64,000 nucleotides of DNA, from sequence record PP174317.1; one strand, given 5' to 3'. Position numbers and translations under genes: made by a program. Below, one piece after another: positions 56,926 to 64,000 of this stretch. The stretch comes from Acinetobacter phage vB_AbaSt_W16. The notes beneath the pieces are model-generated. The model saw only the letters and a list, made by a program, of their open reading frames with translations, did no database searches and was not told where the DNA came from. The stretch's first letter is position 1, and every line of letters starts with the position of its first letter.

Positions 56926-56951
56926 CTAAAAAACCAGGGTTATGTACATAA
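56926..56951 (-). terminator. rho-independent terminator (TGTACA-loop family)
   Basis: accagggttatg-taca-taaccctggt hairpin preceded by an A-run. Confidence 0.55.
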
Positions 56952-57121
56952 CCCTGGTCCTTATTTTTAACCTAAAATATTGTATTTGGTTAACAATTGA
57001 TCAATAATCAAATACCATCCTATAGGAGGAAATAAAACTGCACCTAATGTCCACCAAAATCCTTTGGCGATAACAATACCTGCAATATAAACAATAAATG
57101 CAAAAAGTCTAACTAATGCGC

Positions 57122-57592
57122 TCATATTTTATCCCTTTTACGTAAAGTGTCGATTGTGCTTAAAACATTTTCCATTGACGCTTTCATATAACGTGCCAGG
57201 CTAATGCGACGAGGGTTTAACCATAAGTTTAGTTCATCTTGCGGTCGTGTACCATATTCATTTTGCCCGCCCACTGGATAAACCGGACTATATTCTGGAT
57301 TATATTCAGGCCATTCTGATATTAATTTATATTTTAATGTACCAAATGTAATATCGGCCGCATAACATAACCCATCTTCTTTGGGTTTAATTACTAAACG
57401 ACTTTCACCCAATACTACAACATGATGATTGGTATTTTGCAATTCATCTAAATTATCTAAGATGACATTAATTTTACGGATTGCAATTGGTAAATATTTA
57501 ACAAAATAATCCAAACGAGCTGGATCGTGATGCTGAAGATATTCAATGTATTCTGTTGAAGTCATTTTTTGTATATATTCAGGCATAGTCAT
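57122..57592 (-). CDS. YPxGG/LWxN-family protein (paralog 4 of 4)
   Basis: DGLCYAAD...YPVGGQNEYGTRPQDELNLWLNPRR. Confidence 0.45.
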   Translation of the reverse strand: MTMPEYIQKMTSTEYIEYLQHHDPARLDYFVKYLPIAIRKINVILDNLDELQNTNHHVVVLGESRLVIKPKEDGLCYAADITFGTLKYKLISEWPEYNPEYSPVYPVGGQNEYGTRPQDELNLWLNPRRISLARYMKASMENVLSTIDTLRKRDKI

Positions 57593-58548
57593 AACTGATC
57601 GTCCATATGCATAATAAGTTTATCTGAATCACGAGCAAGAATAAATTTATCAACATAAATCCCATCATACATTCGTGATACCAGGTCATAATTTTCCCAA
57701 GCAAACTGTCTAAACCAACCGCTTGTTATTGAAGTACAAACTTTTTCTAGAGCCATATCAAAAGCTTGACGCGGGTTAACTTTAAAGTCGCTTGGAATAA
57801 GCACACGTTCCAATGCAAGCACGTACGTTTCTTCTAACACACCAAGCAATTGAATCTCACGAGGTTGTGCAAAAAACTTTTCACGTGAACTTTTGACTTC
57901 TTGATTATATTCCATATAATGCGTATAAGCAGGTTTAGCTAAAACTTTAACTGCATCATGAAGTGAATCGTGATCATACACATACGCAAAATTTGAGGTA
58001 AAGAAATCTGCTTTACTTACATTCAGCTTAGGATGTGAATAATCATAAGTTTCTTTTTCGCGCAACTTTAACCAGGCTTCATCATAAACCTTTGCGCCAA
58101 TTTTTTGTAGATTGCGAATAGTCACCATCGTCTTTCTAAAGTGAGGTGAATTCTTAAGATATCGATGGGACCATTTCAACATGAACAACACATCTAATGG
58201 GGCAACTTTACAAATCACACCATTAATAGTTGTGTATTCTTTCCAATAAGATGAAATCAACAATAAATCTGATGTGCTTGTGTCATCGTTATGATCAAGA
58301 GGATACGTAATCTCAAAAATCTTGCCATCACATTTAAATGCTTTTGTATGTGTATTGAATTTTTTAGAGGTTATATTAACCAATGGTGTAATTTCAATCG
58401 CATTTTCTTGAATTACGCTACTGATACCTTTTGCATCATATTCATCTTGTACAATAAGATCATAATCTTTAGGCACAATATTATGCACAATTTCCATTTT
58501 ATCAAGATGGTATGCGAGTGCTGCAGAACCAATTAAAAGAGGTCTCAT
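57589..58548 (-). CDS. hypothetical protein, possible nucleotidyltransferase-like N-terminus
   Basis: 319 aa; the N-terminal LLIGSAALAYHL...DYDLIV loosely resembles the GS..D.D pattern of nucleotidyltransferases. Confidence 0.35.
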   Translation of the reverse strand: MRPLLIGSAALAYHLDKMEIVHNIVPKDYDLIVQDEYDAKGISSVIQENAIEITPLVNITSKKFNTHTKAFKCDGKIFEITYPLDHNDDTSTSDLLLISSYWKEYTTINGVICKVAPLDVLFMLKWSHRYLKNSPHFRKTMVTIRNLQKIGAKVYDEAWLKLREKETYDYSHPKLNVSKADFFTSNFAYVYDHDSLHDAVKVLAKPAYTHYMEYNQEVKSSREKFFAQPREIQLLGVLEETYVLALERVLIPSDFKVNPRQAFDMALEKVCTSITSGWFRQFAWENYDLVSRMYDGIYVDKFILARDSDKLIMHMDDQL

Positions 58549-58733
58549 TTTTTACGTCCTGTATTAATATTAAGAAGACGTTTAATGTCTTTTTGAATAC
58601 GGTTCAATTCATCATAATCGGACCGGTCAGTAATACATACCGTTGCAATACTTGGCCCAGGCCGCATGGTTTTCATTACACTTTTAATATTAGTGCGAGC
58701 CGCAATAATAAGTTGTGTTTGTAAATTATTCAT
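58545..58733 (-). CDS. hypothetical protein
   Basis: 62-aa ORF. Confidence 0.3.
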   Translation of the reverse strand: MNNLQTQLIIAARTNIKSVMKTMRPGPSIATVCITDRSDYDELNRIQKDIKRLLNINTGRKK

Positions 58734-58792
58734 GATATTTTCCTCTAAGACGTGTCAAATTATTTTAAACCAAAATACCTCTTATGTACATA

Positions 58793-59332
58793 TTATCCTG
58801 CTGCTTTGTTAATCATTTCTTCAATAATTGACACAACTTTAGGATTTTTTAACATTGTTGATGCAGTACCTTGTATTGTCATGTTAGTACCATCTTTAAT
58901 GTTTAACTGTTTAGGATCACCAGCCGCTTTATCCGCAGCAATTTCTAAATCATCTTCAGAAATAAAATATGCTTTTTTCCGATCATTTGGAGAAATTGCT
59001 ACATGCGCCCCATGCAAAATTTTGTTAACAATTGCAGGATTTACTCTATGGTATCCGGTACTAAATTTGTCAAGTGTGGCATACCACCCTTTAATTTCAA
59101 AGTTTACCGCATCTTTAAGAGTTTTACCATAGCCAAATTGATTTTTTGCTGGGGCAATAACAAGGGTAAGAGTAAAATGTTCACCTACTGCATAACCGGG
59201 ACGATCTGCATAAGAGTTGATATGTACTGCAATCTCATCGCCTGATTTTTCTGTATGCATATAATCCCGGTCTTTTTTAATTACAGTTAATTGAGGTTTA
59301 GACGCTTCATATAATTTACTAAATTTTGACAT
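58793..59332 (-). CDS. hypothetical protein
   Basis: 179-aa ORF. Confidence 0.4.
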   Translation of the reverse strand: MSKFSKLYEASKPQLTVIKKDRDYMHTEKSGDEIAVHINSYADRPGYAVGEHFTLTLVIAPAKNQFGYGKTLKDAVNFEIKGWYATLDKFSTGYHRVNPAIVNKILHGAHVAISPNDRKKAYFISEDDLEIAADKAAGDPKQLNIKDGTNMTIQGTASTMLKNPKVVSIIEEMINKAAG

Positions 59333-59397
59333 ATAATGCCTTCCAATAAAAGTGTTATTAACTATTTATGAAAATATTATAACAAATATTTTAATCG

Positions 59398-59772
59398 TTA
59401 GGTATAGAATTTTTTACAATTATCAAAAAGAATTTGTTTCCATTTAGTTTCAGTCATTTGATCTTCATCATCCCACATCATACTATCAAATCCGTATTTT
59501 AAATAATCGGCGTATGCAAATAATGGAATTTCATCATGAATAATTTCATAAATGTTGCGTACATACTCTTCAAAATACATACGTAATATACGAAGTTCAG
59601 TTTGAAATGATACACTAGTTAGTGCACCATTATATTTTTGATAAAGTAATTTGCATGCGATGTTTGCAAAAATTGCTCGGTCATCACGGACCTGTTCGGG
59701 TTCACAAAAAGTTCTAGTCATTGCTTGCATACCATGTAATAGTTTTACGACCGTATTCATCGGTAACTTCAA
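59398..59772 (-). CDS. hypothetical protein
   Basis: 124-aa ORF. Confidence 0.35.
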   Translation of the reverse strand: MKLPMNTVVKLLHGMQAMTRTFCEPEQVRDDRAIFANIACKLLYQKYNGALTSVSFQTELRILRMYFEEYVRNIYEIIHDEIPLFAYADYLKYGFDSMMWDDEDQMTETKWKQILFDNCKKFYT

Positions 59773-59980
59773 AATCTAATTCTGCCAAGTCACCATTATG
59801 TGTACGAAGATGATCATCTTCATAAATCATATCTTCGATTAGTTGTGCCTGTTCTTGGATATGAGCAAGAATTTCTTTAATCAATACAACTTTACGCCGA
59901 CTTGATTTAATCTTTATTTCTTCAAGCTGATTTTGTAAATCACGCTCGAGAATAGATGCACCTGCATGTTTTTTAGGCAT
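59714..59980 (-). CDS. hypothetical protein
   Basis: 88-aa ORF overlapping its neighbour; the start is uncertain. Confidence 0.3.
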   Translation of the reverse strand: MPKKHAGASILERDLQNQLEEIKIKSSRRKVVLIKEILAHIQEQAQLIEDMIYEDDHLRTHNGDLAELDFEVTDEYGRKTITWYASND

Positions 59981-60168
59981 TAACTATTCTCCGAAGATGC
60001 GGACCATTCACCAGTTTCATGGTCATATGTGCCACCCATGCCATATGCAGGACCCGAAATATAAAAAGTAAGCTTATGTTTATCTGCAAAAACTTCGGCT
60101 TCTAAAACGGCTGAATTAATTGCATCTTTTAAGCGTTTAAGTTCTTTTTGCTGTTCATCATATGTCAT
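59980..60168 (-). CDS. hypothetical protein
   Basis: 62-aa ORF. Confidence 0.3.
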   Translation of the reverse strand: MTYDEQQKELKRLKDAINSAVLEAEVFADKHKLTFYISGPAYGMGGTYDHETGEWSASSENS

Positions 60169-60225
60169 GTCATGTTCCTCAATTGGCTATTACTCATTCT
60201 AACATAAGTAATAGCCAAAGCAAAT

Positions 60226-61710
60226 TTAAAAGGTTAAAGATTCTGCCAATGCATCCAATTCACTTCGTGAAGCTGCTGCGACACGGTGCACTTTATCCAT
60301 TTCGACAGATTTGTGTAATTCAATAGATTCTTGTGTAACAGGCACTTGTTCTGCTGCACCAATACAAGCTTGAATAATTTCTTCTTCACTTGGAATAATT
60401 GGAGCACTTGGACCATCTTCTTCATGCCAACGCTGATTACCTTTCTTAACACACAAGTTAAACTTATTATTAATCATCTTATCACCATAACGCGATTTGA
60501 TTTGTTTCATAAGTTGAATACCTTGTGCTGCTAAATCTTCGGTTTCGATAACAGCTAAAATAAAATCGGCCGTGTGACTCAAGCCCGCAGATTCTGCAAT
60601 ATCTCCCATTGTAATATCAGAGTTATCCCACCCACCACGTGTTGTTTGTGCCGCGGTCCAAATTGGCACTTCCTCTTCAACTGCTAAAGCCCGAAGCTCT
60701 TCTGCAATTGCTTTTACTAAAGTATATGAGTTTTCACTAAACACTTTAATGCGAGAAGATGCACAAATACCTAAGTAATCGACAACAATAATATCAGGTT
60801 TAAACCCCTTCTTTAACTTCAATTCATTTAATAATGCCTTAAATGTTAAAGCGTGCGCACCACCGATTGGATATTGCTTAATATAAAGTTGGCCAAGTAC
60901 ATTGGATTTTCTCCAACGTTCCATTTTACCTTTATATTCTGCATAAGATACATGACCTTCATCCAGGTCATCCATTGTAACATCTAGTAAGTTGGCATCA
61001 ATACGTTTTGCTACAACTTCTTCAGCCATTTCCATGGAAATGTATAAAACATTTTTACCCATTTGTAAATAATCGGCTGCAAGAGAACACAGACCCAATG
61101 ATTTACCAACGTTTACACCCGCAAGTAAAATATTCAAAGTACCGGTTTCAACACCACCTTTTGTAATAACATTTAACTTATTAAGTTTAAATGGTACTTT
61201 ACGGGTTTTATTTTGATATGAAAGCCATCGGGCTTCGTAATCATCCATCCAAGAATGACCGATTGATGAGTCAAAACAAATAGATAAGGCTTCTTTCATA
61301 ATGTCTGGAATTGCACCAACATCAGGTAAATACTTATCTCGTTTTTCTTTTGGCTTTTCCGCATTTAATTGAATTTGGACAATGCGAGTGGTTGCATTAT
61401 ACATTGCAACATTTTTAACATATTGCTCTGTTTCAGGTACTAGCCAATCATTAGATTCTTTTTCAAGTTTCAAACGATTTAATAATTCCATTGCACCCTT
61501 ATATTCAGTTTCGGGCAGTTGAGAATTACCTATTGCAATATCAAGAGCTACTTTGCTTGGAACCCCATTATAAGCATCAACATGTTTTTTAATAGAATTA
61601 AAAATAGTACGAGCGGGACCTTTTTCAAAGTACTCGTCTTTCATATATGGCCATACCCGACCAAAATATTCCTGGTTGGATATCAGTTGGCCCAAAATTA
61701 CATCAATCAT
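60226..61710 (-). CDS. 41: replicative DNA helicase gp41 (DnaB-like)
   Basis: PDVGAIPDIM..ALSI.FDS..GH.WMDDYEARWLSY.NK.RKVPFKL, GGVETGTLNILLAGVNVGKSLGLCSLAADYLQ.G.NVLYISMEMAEEV and QIKSRYGDK are near-identical to T4 gp41. Confidence 0.95.
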   Translation of the reverse strand: MIDVILGQLISNQEYFGRVWPYMKDEYFEKGPARTIFNSIKKHVDAYNGVPSKVALDIAIGNSQLPETEYKGAMELLNRLKLEKESNDWLVPETEQYVKNVAMYNATTRIVQIQLNAEKPKEKRDKYLPDVGAIPDIMKEALSICFDSSIGHSWMDDYEARWLSYQNKTRKVPFKLNKLNVITKGGVETGTLNILLAGVNVGKSLGLCSLAADYLQMGKNVLYISMEMAEEVVAKRIDANLLDVTMDDLDEGHVSYAEYKGKMERWRKSNVLGQLYIKQYPIGGAHALTFKALLNELKLKKGFKPDIIVVDYLGICASSRIKVFSENSYTLVKAIAEELRALAVEEEVPIWTAAQTTRGGWDNSDITMGDIAESAGLSHTADFILAVIETEDLAAQGIQLMKQIKSRYGDKMINNKFNLCVKKGNQRWHEEDGPSAPIIPSEEEIIQACIGAAEQVPVTQESIELHKSVEMDKVHRVAAASRSELDALAESLTF

Positions 61711-61779
61711 AATGGCACCTCAATTAATATAAAAATTATATCATACCCTTATAAAAAGCAAAAAGACCCGAAGGTCTTT

Positions 61780-62106
61780 TTAAAAGAAGAATGATTTTTT
61801 AACGCGCCGTGGATTTGGTGCAGGCTCATTTAAGGCCAACTGAGTTAAAGCAGCTTCAACATGTTTTCCTAATTCATCTTTGCGATCCGTAGAAGGCGTA
61901 CTAAAGTCTAAAGAAATACGACCTGAGACATCAACATCGCACCCATGAATATAAACGATATGATGTGTATCGTCTTCAAGGGTGATAACCATTTCATGCT
62001 TAACATCTTTCATGGCATCTTTGATGATATCAAATGATTGATTGAATAAGTTATCACCCGGAGTATATGTATGCGTTTCTGTTACAATTTCTGAATCTGT
62101 GCTCAT
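61780..62106 (-). CDS. hypothetical protein
   Basis: 108-aa ORF. Confidence 0.35.
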   Translation of the reverse strand: MSTDSEIVTETHTYTPGDNLFNQSFDIIKDAMKDVKHEMVITLEDDTHHIVYIHGCDVDVSGRISLDFSTPSTDRKDELGKHVEAALTQLALNEPAPNPRRVKKSFFF

Positions 62107-62423
62107 TTATTTGTCCTTTTAATTGAAAACTGAATATAAGCTTTTTCATATACCACTGGGTGATCAAATTCATCATGAAAAATTACATCCAGTTGTGTTT
62201 TATTTAACTTAACAAAATGTTTTTTAATTAAGTTATACATTTCTTTTACTTCAGATTTAGGTCGGTATTTCTCCGGCCAATTTACACCCCAATATGATAG
62301 CTCAGGGTGCAACTGAATTAAATTCAATACTTGGTGTTCGGCATTATTTAAAACTTTTTCAGCACTTTCAATAGTTATAGATTTGTCTGGCAAACCCTTT
62401 AAAACATTTTTAAAATCAATCAT
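62103..62423 (-). CDS. hypothetical protein
   Basis: 106-aa ORF. Confidence 0.35.
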   Translation of the reverse strand: MIDFKNVLKGLPDKSITIESAEKVLNNAEHQVLNLIQLHPELSYWGVNWPEKYRPKSEVKEMYNLIKKHFVKLNKTQLDVIFHDEFDHPVVYEKAYIQFSIKRTNK

Positions 62424-62755
62424 ATTAAACGGTCCTTTCGTTCAATATAAAATTTAATGCTTGGTTCCCGGCTACGTGCAAATTGTTGGTCCGTATTAAC
62501 AAACTCAATTTGCATTTGGGTTTTTCCTGTTTTTACATAGTTGTCTCGAATATATGTAAAAGCGCGGCGAAGTAAATCCGGTGGTAATTCTATAGACGGA
62601 GCCTCAATTGAAACCCATTGATTTCGTGAAATATCTGCAGTAATTTTATCTTGTAAAATCTTTTCATTGGATTCAACTAAAGCTGCAGCTATTTTTTGCA
62701 AATTCTCTGTATCGGCAATAGTTAATGCCTGTATATGTGCGTGTAAGTCGATCAT
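62420..62755 (-). CDS. hypothetical protein
   Basis: 111-aa ORF. Confidence 0.35.
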   Translation of the reverse strand: MIDLHAHIQALTIADTENLQKIAAALVESNEKILQDKITADISRNQWVSIEAPSIELPPDLLRRAFTYIRDNYVKTGKTQMQIEFVNTDQQFARSREPSIKFYIERKDRLI

Positions 62756-62988
62756 AATAAAATACTCAAAATAATTATAAATTGAATGGATAATGTTATT
62801 GTAACACCTAATGATATATAAGCGGCTTTCTTATACCAAAGCTTACGTTTATACTCTTCACCTATACCCCACATTAAATCTGTAAAAACCTTTTCATTTT
62901 CACGTGTATCTAATGCAGAAAATGAGGCATAAGAAACTAATGATAAAATTATGCCGAGTACGAGTATATATCCGATATTAATTAACAT
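62752..62988 (-). CDS. small membrane protein
   Basis: 78 aa with two TM helices; it occupies the position of T4 gene 40, but similarity was not established. Confidence 0.35.
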   Translation of the reverse strand: MLINIGYILVLGIILSLVSYASFSALDTRENEKVFTDLMWGIGEEYKRKLWYKKAAYISLGVTITLSIQFIIILSILL

Positions 62989-63299
62989 TTAAGAAGACCC
63001 TTTAAAGTTTCAATACATTTATCGAGACGTTGAAATAAACTTTTCAAATCAACTTCACTTTCAAGAAGCTCATCTGTTGCTTTCCCTGGTACTACCGTTT
63101 CAATATGATCAATAATTATATCTGGTCCAGTGCAAGCAGGTTTCCATCCATTTGAATAAATGCGTAAGTCGGCTTGCTGAATGTGCGGATAGTATTGATA
63201 AAAACAATCAACTCCTTGATGTTGTAATTTAAAACATAAATCCAGGATTTCATGATTTTTATCTTGAATTTGCTTAGTAACAGTCGCTCGGATATCCAT
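62982..63299 (-). CDS. hypothetical protein
   Basis: 105-aa ORF. Confidence 0.35.
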   Translation of the reverse strand: MDIRATVTKQIQDKNHEILDLCFKLQHQGVDCFYQYYPHIQQADLRIYSNGWKPACTGPDIIIDHIETVVPGKATDELLESEVDLKSLFQRLDKCIETLKGLLKC

Positions 63300-63781
63300 T
63301 AGTATAAGTTCTCACTATAAAGAGTTCCACCTTTAGATGTGTCACCACCCACACGACATACAATTTGTTTTTGTTCGACGGCAATTTTCCATGCTTCTTG
63401 TCGATCAACAAATCGATGTTTATTTGTCAAAAAGCCTTGTACTTCAGTGCTACGATATAAAATATCTTCACCGCTATTATGACCTACAAATGAACTATGC
63501 ATAACACCACAGGCATGACGAACACCAGCAATAACAATCTTTTTACCATTGTGATCTTCATATTGATTCGCAGCGCAAACAATGCGTTCGGGTGCAATAT
63601 AATCACGGCCATCTGGTAAATTATTGATATTATATGTATCTCGATACCATACTTCACTTTTTGTTACATTAATATTCGGGGCGTGGTTATCAACACTCAT
63701 ATTATAATATCCTACATTTGGAAGACTATCAAGAGTTTCTTTAGTAATTACATCAAGTGGGTTAGTCATAAGAAATTCCAT
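63299..63781 (-). CDS. hypothetical protein
   Basis: 160-aa ORF. Confidence 0.4.
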   Translation of the reverse strand: MEFLMTNPLDVITKETLDSLPNVGYYNMSVDNHAPNINVTKSEVWYRDTYNINNLPDGRDYIAPERIVCAANQYEDHNGKKIVIAGVRHACGVMHSSFVGHNSGEDILYRSTEVQGFLTNKHRFVDRQEAWKIAVEQKQIVCRVGGDTSKGGTLYSENLY

Positions 63782-63977
63782 TAGATTTTAAACATGCGCC
63801 ATAAGATGACGTGTAAAAAGATGATTTGATATAACCAAATCGTAATTGTGCTTCTTGAATTGAAATTTGTCTACATGCTTCTGCAATTAATTCACGAGCA
63901 CCGGCTTTCGGTTGGTTTCGAATGATTTTATCAACTTCGCGTTGCTTTTCAACAGCCACATTAATTTGACTTTGCAT
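63762..63977 (-). CDS. hypothetical protein (possibly 5'-partial at window edge)
   Basis: 71-aa ORF close to the window end. Confidence 0.25.
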   Translation of the reverse strand: MQSQINVAVEKQREVDKIIRNQPKAGARELIAEACRQISIQEAQLRFGYIKSSFYTSSYGACLKSNGISYD

Positions 63978-64000
63978 CCACTTGCGATGACTTGCGATAT

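Noticed and set aside
1-64000. tRNA, rRNA and CRISPR search
   Set aside because: No tRNA-like cloverleaf with a GTTC T-loop and 3' acceptor context could be picked out by eye. The GC-rich islands at 4800..4880 and 39020..39100 lack T-loop consensus. There are no direct-repeat/spacer arrays. The T4 tRNA cluster is expected elsewhere in the genome.

Overview
This window is a contiguous segment of a T4-like (Tevenvirinae-type) myovirus genome. It is AT-rich and densely packed with genes, with no rRNA, tRNA or CRISPR array. Gene order follows the T4 map from gene 32 to gene 41: 32, 59, 33, dsbA, rnh on the minus strand, then the late long-tail-fibre operon 34-35-36-37 and holin t on the plus strand. 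After that everything is on the minus strand: asiA, motA, 52, rIIB, rIIA, an accessory block, a fused 39+60 topoisomerase subunit, a GH24 lysozyme, dexA, dda, a second accessory block, dCTPase gp56, primase gp61, a roughly 8.8 kb insertion carrying a GIY-YIG homing endonuclease, and helicase gp41. TATAAATA late promoters and many GC-rich hairpin terminators can be read directly. The most interesting content is in the accessory blocks replacing the T4 modA/modB/srd and rIIA-39 intervals. These hold a macro (ADP-ribose-binding) domain protein, a SLOG/DprA-like Rossmann protein and a P-loop NTPase, next to two members of a four-member paralogous family. They also hold a YgiC-type glutathionylspermidine-synthase-like ATP-grasp ligase, an EmrE-like SMR transporter, a Met-rich lipoprotein and a membrane-anchored J-domain protein. 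I also found small unannotated ORFs and a plus-strand mini transcription unit. All functional calls rest on sequence similarity recalled from memory and on motifs visible in the translations; nothing was searched against a database.
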